Shown: piece after piece, positions 1-10,289 of the stretch
Layout: each line of letters begins with the position of its first letter
Position numbering within the stretch: position 1 is the first letter of the stretch
Assembly (NCBI GenBank): GCA_049999805.1
Contig: JBNGIO010006342.1
Span: forward strand, 367,641-402,435
Direction of reading: 5' to 3'
Length of the DNA: 34,795 nt
From: Folioceros fuciformis
Lineage: Eukaryota
Notes under the pieces: model-generated
Database searches by the model: none
Seen by the model: only the letters and a program-made list of their open reading frames with translations
Told to the model about the DNA's origin: nothing
Made by a program: the position numbers and the translations under genes

Positions 1-346
1 AAGCCACATGACTTGTTGTTGTTTTGAAAATCGTGTTGGCCAGCAGAAGAAGCCACATGACTTGTTGTTGTTTTGAAAATCGTGTTGGCCAGCAGAAGAA
101 GCCACATGACTTCTTCTTGTTGTTTTGAAATCGTATTGGCTAGACGAAGAAGCCATATGACTTGTTATTGTTGTGAAAACCATGGTGGCCATCCAAAGAA
201 GCCACATGACTTATTGCTGTTCTAAAAACTGTATTGGCTAGTAGAAGAAGCCACATGACTTGTTATTTTTAAAACCGTGTTGGCCAGCCGAAGAAGCCAC
301 TTGACTTGTTTTTGCTTTTATGCTATTCTTAAAACCGTGTTGGCCA
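1..346. repeat. ~49-bp tandem repeat (minisatellite), about 7 copies, running off the window start
   Basis: Unit AAGCCACATGACTTGTTGTTGTTTTGAAAATCGTGTTGGCCAGCAGAAG begins at 1, 50, 99, 150, 199, 248 and 294, and diverges progressively to the right. Confidence 0.93.
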
Positions 347-768
347 ATGCTCTTTGCAAAGAATGCGCATTGTCGGATTACACCATTGTAATATTAAGTC
401 ACAAGTCTCTCTATACCTAGTATATATACGTATGCACAGTTGCTACAAACCCTATTGCCCACTTATTTATACTATGTCCTCCTCCCCATTAATCAACAGA
501 GAATAATTAAACAAAATTAAAAACTCAGAATTAAACTCCCTAGGGACAACACGCGCTGACAAGCATTTACAAGAAGAACATAGCCACCCACATGCATTAG
601 GTGCAAGGACTACACTACACGCGAATATTGTATAAATTAATTTTTACAATAATTGCAAAAATTACAAGAACGTGTTACAATGGCCGTGTTCGACATATTT
701 GGGGCCGCATTCTAGTATGGGTCCATTAGTCATGGATCCTCCTCCGGGTTCCTTTCCATCACGTCTGG

Positions 769-2484
769 TTATGCAGCATCCTTGGCTCCACGAGCTTGAA
801 GGTCTGCTGGCACTTCTGCCCCCCCGTCAGGGACCCCAGTCGGCGTCACCGGTCTCCTCCTTTGTGCAACGCCGCTAGGACCTGGTGTCTCTTCCTCTGT
901 GTCTTCACCGGAGTCTGCATCACCATCTCCAAGACACTCAGTCATATTGCATAGAGGAGGTCCACTGCCGTAGACTTTCAGCACCCCCTTTTTCAAAACG
1001 TAGTACGTCACTAGCTCCCCATTAGGTAAGGTGAACTCGGTGCGGGACTCCTGTCTAGGTTGTGCAAGGGCGGTCAAATTCTCTCCCGGATTAGTAGTTT
1101 CAGTCTCCCTTGCGGACTCCGGCAGAAGTCTGTCTTCTCCAGTCTTGGAACTTGGTGACGGTGGTGGTCCAGTTGTGGTTTCCACTTGCTTGACCGCATC
1201 TGCATGCTGCTTCTTCGAGGTTGGCCGTGCGCGTTTTCGAGCACGGGCTGTGGACGGCTTCTGCTGGGATTTCGCAAACTCAGATTGCTCCCAGATTTCT
1301 AGCTTCTCTTTGATCCCTTCAACTCCGGGGTGCTTATTCCACACCCTGTTCATCTCCATGAACCTGTTCACCATCCGGTTGTGGTACGTTCTCAAATCCT
1401 GGTAGTGCAACTTTCTCTCTATATCCCTCAATGATGTCGTGTACTGAACTACCTGAGGATTGAAGAGTCCTCCCTTCAGTCTGTCCGTGAATTCCTGTAG
1501 CGGGCTCTGACCAAAACTGAAAGTACCTCCGGAAAGGAGCGTCCTGATCGTATCGTCGAAGTCTTGCTTGTCCAGATCAGGTGGCAGAAACTCACACAGG
1601 CTTTCCCTTTCCTCTTCCGTGAGGCAGGAATTCCAATTGTCCAGGTTTAGGATGTCCTTAAGATCCGGAAGCGACGTCAGCTCGATAGGAAGAGCGCATG
1701 TAGGCCCGTCAGGCCCCCCGAGCTGGCATAACTCCAGACCTTGATTCGCGAACTTCGACTTCCCTGAATCAACAGCTGCCTTTTTCGTCCTCGTCCGGTT
1801 CTTCTTAGGAGGCAGCTGCTCCTGGTTCTTCTGAGCCTGGTCTTCATGCCCGGCTCCAATCCCGGAGACGCTCCCAAGATTCTCCTCTACCATGTTCGTG
1901 GTGGTACCTGAATCAATGACTGCCTTTCTTGTCCTCTTCGGCTTCTTCTTAGGAGGCAGTTGATCCTGCTCATCCTGAGCCTGGCCTTCAAGCCCGTCTC
2001 CAGATCCGGAGACGTTTCCGAGACTCCCTGCGTTCGTGGTGGTTGTCTTCCTTGTCCCCCTCGACCTCTTCTTGGGACGCAGCTCGTGGCCCTTCTTATC
2101 AGCCTCTAAACATGTCGTAACAGCAGTGAGTTTGGATTCAAGTCCAGATTCGACGGGCCCGGCCTTCTCCGTCGCCACCATTACCGTCCCTGAATCCAGA
2201 CCCCGCTTCGTGAACTTCGAGTTCGCATACTCATCCGAATCAATGGCTGCCTTTCTCGTCCTCTCCAGCTTCTCCTCAGCAGGAAGTTGATCGTGGCTGT
2301 TCTGAGAGTCTTCAGGTTCGGTTCCAGGTCCAGAGACGCTTCCGAGATTCTCTAACACGATGTTCGTTGTGGTTGTCTTTCTCGTCCCCGACGACCTCAC
2401 CTTGACAGGCAGCTCGTGGTTCTTCCCATCAGACTCTAAACATGCCCTGGCAGCTGTGATTTCGGATTCGAAGTCCTTCTCCAT
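769..2484 (-). CDS. Intronless DEUBAD (ASXH)-domain protein, NFRKB/INO80G-like, 571 aa
   Basis: ELCQLG..CALPIELTSLPDLKDILNLDNWNSCLTEEERESLCEFLP..FSFGQSPL..LKGGLFNP..HYQDLRTYHNRMV matches the DEUBAD region of plant NFRKB-like proteins. The N-terminal ~250 aa are internally repeated. Confidence 0.82.
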   Translation of the reverse strand: MEKDFESEITAARACLESDGKNHELPVKVRSSGTRKTTTTNIVLENLGSVSGPGTEPEDSQNSHDQLPAEEKLERTRKAAIDSDEYANSKFTKRGLDSGTVMVATEKAGPVESGLESKLTAVTTCLEADKKGHELRPKKRSRGTRKTTTTNAGSLGNVSGSGDGLEGQAQDEQDQLPPKKKPKRTRKAVIDSGTTTNMVEENLGSVSGIGAGHEDQAQKNQEQLPPKKNRTRTKKAAVDSGKSKFANQGLELCQLGGPDGPTCALPIELTSLPDLKDILNLDNWNSCLTEEERESLCEFLPPDLDKQDFDDTIRTLLSGGTFSFGQSPLQEFTDRLKGGLFNPQVVQYTTSLRDIERKLHYQDLRTYHNRMVNRFMEMNRVWNKHPGVEGIKEKLEIWEQSEFAKSQQKPSTARARKRARPTSKKQHADAVKQVETTTGPPPSPSSKTGEDRLLPESARETETTNPGENLTALAQPRQESRTEFTLPNGELVTYYVLKKGVLKVYGSGPPLCNMTECLGDGDADSGEDTEEETPGPSGVAQRRRPVTPTGVPDGGAEVPADLQARGAKDAA

Positions 2485-2994
2485 TTCGATCGCCGTGATC
2501 CAAGAATCGAATGAGCCCTCAATCCATCACCACAACGCTCTCTTTACACCTTGGCCGAGGCGACGACAACCTTCTTTAGGTTCTGGTGCTGAGCATGAAG
2601 TGGGAGGTGGTTATATAGCTACACAGCCTGACGACGTCGTGTCCAAATTATGCAGCTCGCCCTCTTCGAGACTTTACACTGAATGACAAAGCCCACTTTC
2701 TTCTATCCTCCCTCCCCTTTCGCAAAATATGAACAAGTCAAGCCGCAGCTTGGCGAGCCAACGAAACACATATATAGACAGATCCACCAGATTTATTTCC
2801 ATATCTGGATGTAATGTGAGCTTCTTGTGACATAGTAGTTTGAAAAAACTGATGGTTTAAATTAGTGCCTATCGATTATTACTGTAACCACTACAGAGCT
2901 GGTCCACACTAGACAAGTCTTAATTCTTAGGTTTCCAAGTGCCGGATATTTGTAAGTGGGGGCCTTTCGCCACTTCGCCAGCGCCACCGCAGCA

Positions 2995-3725
2995 ATGGAG
3001 GCTGAAAATGAGAAGGACAGGAAAGAGAAGGACAGAAGGAAGCGGGCTGCGGTCTCGGTTATCGCTAAGCCTTTAGCAGGCAAGAAGCTGAGCAGGAAGA
3101 CGCTGAAAGTCGTCAAAAGAGGTAGGGTCGGCAGAACGTTCATGAGCTGATTTTCCAGAGCGGTGTTGGTTGAGCTGTGCTGAATCCTGGCCCGGTCTCA
3201 TTTTCGCTCTCAGCGGCGCAGGCTAAGCAGTTGAAGCGTGGAGTGAAGGAGGTATTGAAATCAGTGAGGAAGGGCCACAAAGGGTACGACTGCACCTGCC
3301 TTGCTGAGGTGTTGTTGATTTGACTGAGATTAAGGAATACACTGATTTTTTGGAATTGGCAGGTTGTGTATCATTGCTGGAGATATTTCTCCGATTGATG
3401 TTATAACACACGTTCCCGTATTGTGTGAGGAAGCTGAGATCTCTTATGTGTATGTTCCATCGAAGGAGGTGAAGCGGGGCAATAATCTCCCTTCTTCGTT
3501 CAGATTGTTGCGTCGATTTTTCGAGTCAGGTCTGAAGTGGAGGTGTGTTTTGATGCTCAGGATTTGGGAGCGGCGGGAGCGACGAAAAGGCCGACCAGTT
3601 GCATGCTTGTGCTGCCTCCCCCTCTTACAGGTACTTTCACTGAAGAAGAGAAAGCCAAGTATGCCGAAGAGTACCACGAAGTGGTGACTGAAGTGAAGCA
3701 GTTGCAAGCAGCCTTCTTTGCCTGA
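2995..3725 (+). CDS. NHP2: H/ACA snoRNP subunit NHP2 (L7Ae family), copy 1; exons 2995-3121, 3214-3283, 3363-3468, 3561-3725
   Basis: GT-AG splicing gives IAKPLAGKKL..LKRGVKEV..GLCIIAGDISPIDVITHVPVLCEE..YVYVPSKEDLGAAGATKRPTSC, ending in TGA. Confidence 0.93.
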
Positions 3726-3915
3726 GGAGATGGCCTTCGTCCAAGTCATCCCGGCTGGGAGATCCCATTTGAGTTCCCTCCGACGGATCTGCTCCGGGCA
3801 GCTGGTTTCCGATTGACTTCTGGGTTCGGGTGTACCACGCAGTTCAGCTTGGTGAGCTATTTTGTACATGAGGGTGATGTACTACTATGGGCCGGCCTCT
3901 TTCGAGAGGAATTGT

Positions 3916-5355
3916 CTAGTCTACTACAAATCGTGGTACTGGAAGTACTGCCGTGTCTTGCAGCTTTCGACATATCTGTGTGGCAATGTGTCTGTAGATA
4001 GCGGCAACTTCACTGTCGGGTGAGGAAGCAACAATTGGACTCCCTTGATCTGAGGTCAGGCGGACATCCAATTCCAGTGGGACCTGGCAGTCGTGCAGAG
4101 TGAGAGTCAGGTTGAGGACACCATGCTGACCATTTCACTCAATGCGGCGGCTACCTCTCCCAGAAAGTGTATGTTGAGCTCTTCTGCAGTTTGCCTGGCA
4201 CCTCCATGGCCAAACACATCGGAACGCTCCCCACACTTGGGACACTTGAAGAAGCTCATGTTTTCTACCAAACCTAGCACCTGCATGTATCACGACCCTC
4301 AACAGAGTTTGGCAACATGGGAGCAGTAAAGGAAAGCTGCTCCTGTGAGGAGGGGTGAGGAATCTACTGGAACATCGACTTTTTGAAACATGCTGACTCC
4401 TCTTCGTGCGTCGATAAGAGCAATGTCTTGTGGCGTTGAAACAATGACAGCCCCTATGCACATTCAGGAGCCGGAATGAGCGACATGTCTGGTCTCTCAC
4501 ACGAGCAGCCTTCCAAGATACCCACACGAGAACCATTTTCTGGGAAACGTTCAACCTGCAAGAGGGAGGCGTTGGGATATCGAGATTTGAGTGTCCCCGG
4601 TTCCAGGGGGCATGTCCACAACCAGGACATCAAGCTTTCCCCACGCCACTCCTCTCACCAACTTCTCCAGAGCGCTCATGACCTGCAATACACTTTTGCC
4701 GACACCAAAGTTATCTGTAAAAAGGTCAGGGAAATGGAAGCAAAAGCGTAAGGGACTGCAAGCAAGCTGGATCCGGCCAGGCTGATATCATACCATGGGT
4801 CCTCTCCAGACAACTGGGGAGTCCTTCTCCATCAGAAAACCCATCGACATACAACGAACACCATAATTCTCCAAGGGAATCATTTTCGACTCTGGATCCC
4901 ACACAAAACCCCACCTCCAGTTGGCATACGATTCTATCCAGATCCCATCACAAAAACTGCCATGCAGTCACCTGCATCAATTTGAGGCCGGCCGCGGAGC
5001 TTCATGAGGGTGGGAACTGAAGGGCCATATACATCAGCATCCAGCAACCCAACCTGCTGCTTGCACTCCATAGCAAGAGCTACAGCTAAGTTCGCTGGAT
5101 CAGTGAGGAGTGTAAATTAGAAGCATGTTTTAGCTGATACTCACTGAAACAAAGCCCCCTGAGGGACAACGACCACAAACCTGCTGTGGTGGACTTGCCA
5201 ACTCCACCCTTTCCAGAAGCCACGGCTATTATGTGCTCTACACCCTTCAGCTCGGCCTTGCCCAACGGCGATCTCATTTTTCCCGCACTTGATCCGGTAG
5301 CCAGGCCTTTCGCACCTTTGCCCATGGCCACAAGTCCTCTGACGCCACCCACCAT
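3916..5355 (-). CDS. IND1: Mitochondrial Fe-S assembly P-loop NTPase (Mrp/NBP35 family, IND1/INDL); exons 5355-5181, 5094-4972, 4891-4794, 4682-4556, 4453-4368, 4280-4155, 4083-3916
   Basis: Motifs [47 protein letters not shown] and [11 protein letters not shown] (CxxC). The N-terminus is Gly/Lys/Arg-rich like a presequence and lacks the NBP35 N-terminal Cys cluster. All introns are GT-AG and keep frame. Confidence 0.92.
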
Positions 5356-5494
5356 CCTGGACCTCCGAGTGATACGTGGAAGTGTTAGGTTTCGCGCTTT
5401 GCTTTCGTAAAAGGTCAAACGTGTCGTGGTGTATGCTTCTCAGAGTGTCAATTCAACATGGAATCGTGGATTTTCCCGTCACTAGTGGGGTGCC

Positions 5495-7129
5495 ATGGCG
5501 TTGCAGCTTGGAGGTGGAGTGTGGCTTCTGGGAGCTGCTAACTCACGCTCCCGGCCATGTCTACCATGTGCGGGACGTAGTAGCTTCGGGAGGAGATTGT
5601 TGGCGTTGGAGGGAGTCGGGAGGCGGAGTAGGAGGCAAGGATGTTTCTCCAGGGGGAATGCAGTGTGTGTTGTCTCGGAGCCACGGGTGGCGGAGAATCT
5701 GGACGTGCCTCAGGTTGCTCCCTGGAACCAAGCGGAGGAGAACCGGTTCAATTGGTTCCAGCAATGGTATCCGTTGGCTGTCCCTGCGAACTTAGACAAG
5801 AATGTGCCTACCGCCAGGACTGTGCTTGGGATCGATGTTGTGGTGTGGTGGGATCGGGCAGAGTCCAAGTGGCAGGTGTTTGCAGATGCCTGTCCGCACC
5901 GCCTGGCTCCCCTGTCGGAAGGGAGGGTGGATGAAAATGGACAATTGCAGTGCTCCTACCATGGCTGGACCTTCGCTGGCACTGGCGGATGCACGCGGAT
6001 TCCGCAGGCGCCGGCGGACGGGCCTCCTGTGCACCTCAACAAACGGGCCTGTGCTCTGGTCTATCCGAGCGTGGAGCAGCAGGGAATGCTGTGGGTTTGG
6101 CTTGATGCCAGCCAGGAGGGAGTCATGCGAGCTGCCGAGGGCAAGCCTCCGGCGATTGATGTGTTGGATGATCCGGATTTCAAAGGGACGTTCGAGCTTA
6201 CCATGTCTGACATGCCGTATAATTATGATACGCTTGTGGAGAACCTTGTGGATCCGTCCCACATCCCTTTTGCGCATCACAAGGTTCTGTCTACGCGAGA
6301 TAAGGGCAAGCCTATGATGTGCACAGTGCGGAAGGTAGAGAAGACAGGATTCCAGGGGCAAGGAGAGGCAGGACCTGCAACTTTCATGGCTCCCTGTATA
6401 TTTCTTTACCAGTTCAACATTCCTTCTAAGCACAAGGGTGTGCAGCCGGCCACTCTTTCAGCGGAGGATGTTAAGAAAGATCCTTCCCAGAAGGTTGTTC
6501 AGATGCTGTTCATATGCATCCCAGTCTCACCTGGTCACAGCCGAGTTCTCTTCACGTTCCCTCGCAATTTCTTTCGCTGGTTTTTCGCTGTCACTCCAGG
6601 TTGGATTCGCCACCTTGGTAATCTCAAGGTTTTGGATTCCGATCTTTTCCTGCTGCATTTGGGAGAGCGGAAGCTTGAGGAGCAGCAGCGACGGGGGCTC
6701 AAATTTGCCCAGGCATGTTATACACCCACCACTTCTGATGGTTTTGTGTTAGGCTTCAGGAGATGGCTTAACGAGTTTGGAGGGGGTGGACCTACCTGGG
6801 GTAATGGAGTCCCGGGTACCCTGCCACCTGCTTGTAAGAAGGAACAGATCATGGACAGATATGAAAACCATGTGAAATCCTGCAAGACCTGTACCAGGTC
6901 CTATAACAGCTTCACGGCGCTGCGGACATCACTGCAGGTCGCGGCCTTTGCCTTGGTTGCGTTTCTTGCAGGTTCTGCCATGAGGTCACCACCACATCCG
7001 AGCCTTCAGGGGGCAAGCCTGCCGTTGGCATGCTTAGCTGTTGCAGCCTTCCTTGGCTCCAAGGCGGTGCAATGGTTTGTCGACAAGTACTACCATGTCC
7101 ACGGATATAACCACGCGTTGATCAAGTAG
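5495..7129 (+). CDS. PTC52: Plastid Rieske/mononuclear-iron oxygenase of the PAO family, PTC52 (ACD1-like) type, intronless, 544 aa
   Basis: Rieske motifs CPHRLAPLSEG and CSYHGW, iron-binding ENLVDPSHIPFAHH, IPQAPADGPPVH typical of PTC52, C-terminal HVKSCKTC followed by hydrophobic helices, and an Arg/Ser-rich transit-peptide-like N-terminus. Confidence 0.85.
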   Translation: MALQLGGGVWLLGAANSRSRPCLPCAGRSSFGRRLLALEGVGRRSRRQGCFSRGNAVCVVSEPRVAENLDVPQVAPWNQAEENRFNWFQQWYPLAVPANLDKNVPTARTVLGIDVVVWWDRAESKWQVFADACPHRLAPLSEGRVDENGQLQCSYHGWTFAGTGGCTRIPQAPADGPPVHLNKRACALVYPSVEQQGMLWVWLDASQEGVMRAAEGKPPAIDVLDDPDFKGTFELTMSDMPYNYDTLVENLVDPSHIPFAHHKVLSTRDKGKPMMCTVRKVEKTGFQGQGEAGPATFMAPCIFLYQFNIPSKHKGVQPATLSAEDVKKDPSQKVVQMLFICIPVSPGHSRVLFTFPRNFFRWFFAVTPGWIRHLGNLKVLDSDLFLLHLGERKLEEQQRRGLKFAQACYTPTTSDGFVLGFRRWLNEFGGGGPTWGNGVPGTLPPACKKEQIMDRYENHVKSCKTCTRSYNSFTALRTSLQVAAFALVAFLAGSAMRSPPHPSLQGASLPLACLAVAAFLGSKAVQWFVDKYYHVHGYNHALIK

Positions 7130-7539
7130 GCCAGCAGTTCGCGTTTGCCATTCGATGTATAGAATGTAACGTGAAAGAACCCATCGCTGCATGTACAGAA
7201 TGTAGCGTGGATGACCCCATCGTCACTTGTTCATAGCCATTGTAATTGGTTGAGGTCGGAGAACCAGATTGTCCCCTGTGCCCTGTGGTCGCAGAACCAG
7301 ATTGTCTCAACATGACTGCTCTATCGGCTCTTCCTCTTGTAGAATTTTGGTGACATTCAAGGACTTTGAGTGACATCCACTGAGGAATCAGATCTGCCAG
7401 CTGAGGTTGCCTCACAAACAATGGCGTACGTAGCTAGCCGAACCCTGCACTGCTAGTGCACATAATCCCATTTCCAAGACGCATATGATCTAGTGTGCAT
7501 AACCCCCAAGTACGCATCCAGCTGGTCCCCCTTTATACA

Positions 7540-8050
7540 CTCCTTCGTCAGGTCCATCCTTACGCAAGGCTGAGCGTTCCCCACGCTGCCACACTCTGCG
7601 TGCCTATTTACCACACTCTGGGATGCAGAAACTTCAGCATCAAACCCTCGTTCTCTAAATTGTGTGCAGCCACACTGTCATCCTGTCCACCGAAGGTCAA
7701 CAGAAAAACCAAAGCTGACCATTTTCCAAATCTGCTCTCCTTTCACAATCCTTAAGCACTGCCACAAACACGAATTCATCTGGCTGCACACTCGACCTCC
7801 GCATACCCATCATACAGCTCAATAGCCTGCCCTTCCTGCCCGGCTCGTACAGATTTGACAGTCTCAAGCATCACGGAAGACCATACGAAGACTCCTGGTT
7901 CTGCAAGTGCGATAAACACATCCATCGCTTCAAGATGCCTTCCTTCCATGACCTGTACTCCGCAGGGCGTGGTTACCCAAGAACGTATCCGACCCATACC
8001 TCTTACGTACCCTGAAAGTATGCGGTGCAGAAATGTCTGACAATACACAA
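7540..8050 (-). pseudogene. Degenerate PLS-class PPR gene fragment
   Basis: Across frameshifts it reads EAMDVFIALAEPGVFVWSSVM, GQEGQAIELY, MRRSSVQPDEFVFVAVLKDC..DLENG and VVNRHAECGSVGNA, with stops between. Confidence 0.65.
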
Positions 8051-8117
8051 CAGAACGCTATACGAAGGGAAACGCAACTTATTTTGACTGAAGCAATTGG
8101 CGGAACCTGGAGCCCTT

Positions 8118-8125
8118 AAACCCTA
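8118..8125 (+). promoter_or_regulatory. Telo-box (AAACCCTA) upstream of NHP2 copy 2
   Basis: Exact AAACCCTA about 45 nt before the ATG at 8171. Telo-boxes are known to be enriched in promoters of plant translation and ribosome-biogenesis genes. Confidence 0.5.
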
Positions 8126-8170
8126 GTACAGAGCAGGGCTTTATACCTCGTTGCCATCGCCTCCCGAGCA

Positions 8171-8892
8171 ATGGACGCTGAAGATGACAAGAAAAGCAAA
8201 GAGAAGGACAGGAGGAAGTGGGCTGCGGTCTCGGTTATCGCTAAGCCTCTGGCAGGCAAGAAGCTGAACAGAAAGACCCTGAAAGTCGTCAAAAGAGGTA
8301 GGCCAAGCAGACGGATTTGAGCTTTGTTTCAGCGGTACTGGTTGCGCTGTGCTGAATCCTGGTCTGGTCCATGTCTGCTCTCAGCGGCGCAGGCTAAGCA
8401 GTTGAAGCGTGGAGTGAAGGAGGTGTTGAAATCATTGAGGAAGGGTCAGAAAGGGTACAATTGCACCTGCCTTGATGAGTTGCTTCCCTGTTTTGATTGA
8501 AATTTAGAGTCACACTGACTCTGGGATTGGCAGGTTGTGTATCATTGCTGGGGATATTTCTCCGATTGATGTTATAACCCACGTTCCAGTATTGTGTGAG
8601 GAAGCTGAGATCCCTTATGTGTATGTTCCATCCAAGGAGGTGAGACACTGCGGAATATTTTCCCTTCCATTACACTCTACTTGGTTTTAGACTCAGCTCT
8701 CAGTTGGAGGAGTGTTTTGCTGCTCAGGATTTGGGAGCTGCTGGAGCTACGAAAAGACCGACCAGTTGCATGCTTGTGATACCTCCCCCTCTTAAAGGTA
8801 CTGTCACGGAAGAAGAGAAGGACAAGTATGCTAAAGAATATGATGAAGTGGTGACTGAAGTGAAGCAGTTGCAAGCAGCGTTCTTCGCCTAG
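8171..8892 (+). CDS. NHP2: NHP2 copy 2; exons 8171-8297, 8385-8454, 8534-8639, 8728-8892
   Basis: Exon lengths (127, 70, 106, 165 nt) are identical to copy 1. The frame is intact, introns are GT-AG, the stop is TAG, and most differences are synonymous or conservative. Confidence 0.92.
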
Positions 8893-9121
8893 GGAGATGG
8901 TCTGCGTCTAGTCATCCCGGCTGAGACATCTCTGCTGCGTTCCCTGCCTGTGAGGTCCTTCCCTTGGTGCTTTAACGTTCCCTCCGAAGTTTCTGCTCGG
9001 CTTGCTTGCGGCCTGAGTGCTTCCTCGGTCCGCTGTATCATGCTTTTCAGCCTGGTGAACTATTTTGTTCGTGAGAGGGTGATGTAATACCATGAAACTC
9101 TTTCGAGGGAAATTCTCTAGA

Positions 9122-9375
9122 GTCTACTACAAATCGTGGGATTGCAGGTACTGCCGATTCTTCCACCTTTTGTCAGACCTGTGAGGCAAGGTGTCTGTTG
9201 ATAGCCGCAACTTCACTGTCGGTTGAGGAAGCAACATTCGACCCCCTTGATCTGAGGTCAGGCGGACAGCCATTTCCGGTGAGACCTGGACAACAAGTGC
9301 GGGCCAACTCACCCAACGCTCCTGTCACCTCTCCCGGAAAGTGCATGTTGAGCTCTTCTGCAGTTTGCCTGGCAC
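9122..9375 (-). pseudogene. IND1: Duplicated 3' fragment of IND1 (part of exon 6, shortened intron, frameshifted exon 7)
   Basis: Reads [15 protein letters not shown]|gt..ag|[14 protein letters not shown], then a 1-nt deletion before VASSTDSEVAAI. Homologous to 3916-4200. No copy of the upstream exons is visible. Confidence 0.85.
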
Positions 9376-10289
9376 TAGCAGGTGCTCCAACTGAGCAAGT
9401 TGCCTCTCCCATTCCATCGGCGCAGCACATGGGACCTGCTTGATGGTCGGAACATGACTGGTCAAGACAATCTGGTCCTTTCAGATTGCGACATTGTGCA
9501 CATTATAGGAAAGGCCGCCCGCCGTAGGCCTTAAGTGCGCTGCATCGCATGCTTGTTAGTAATTTTGTAAGGCCATTGCACAAGACGATGGGTGAATGAG
9601 CGCCACAAAGATGGGCCTAACAGATGAATGCCGAAACACGAGGGATCCTAAAATTTCTGATTTCAATGGCCAAGGAAAGGCGGCGGTTGCCAGGCTCGAA
9701 AGTCGGCTTCGGCGGAGCGGGACAAACCAGGATGCAAGAAGAACTTGCTGGAGTGCGGGCTTACGCCAGGTCACAATCGCCAAAGCAATGGAGAGCACAA
9801 TGCGGGAAGAAGATGAGCAAGAAGAGAGGACCTCGGACCCAATTCGGTTCAGAAGAACTCCAACAGCAGGGGCTGGAGGAGGAGCCGCAGGAGGAGGTGA
9901 AGCAGCAGTCATGACCCAGGGTCATTTGCATGGTCGAGGGAAAGGCCTACATATTTATGTACATGCATTCAAGCTTGGAGGTGGGTGGCCACTTCGCTTG
10001 CTGTTGTGCCTTCGGGATTCTAGACGAAGTACGGTGACGAACATCCTGCACAGATGAGTTCGTGGAGGATCCCTCATGCTTTGTAACGTAACAGGGGCTT
10101 GGTGCGAGGCTGCCACGCAGTGCACAGCGAATTAGTGTCATGAATGCTCTTCGTGGAGAGGAGTAGAACCAGGGGGCGGCGTGGTGCAACCTTGGCACCG
10201 CCAGGGCGGAGAGATCCGTGATTCCCGGCTGGAGGTGCAGACACAGTGACTCCTGAAGCTCCAAACCCTCACCAGTGCGCTCACTCAGC

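Noticed and set aside
1..346. CRISPR-like appearance of the repeat
   Set aside because: Units are contiguous and mutually homologous with no unique spacers. The context is eukaryotic and there are no cas genes.
3122..3560. Possible intronic snoRNAs in NHP2 introns
   Set aside because: The introns are ~80-90 nt with no properly placed C/D or H/ACA boxes conserved between the two copies.
7155..7306. Two short imperfect direct repeats (periods 36 and 33 bp) after the PTC52 stop
   Set aside because: Only two copies each, consistent with ordinary local duplications in a 3' UTR.
9596..10057. 153-aa ORF between the IND1 and PPR relics
   Set aside because: Purine-rich low-complexity sequence with no recognisable family or convincing gene structure.
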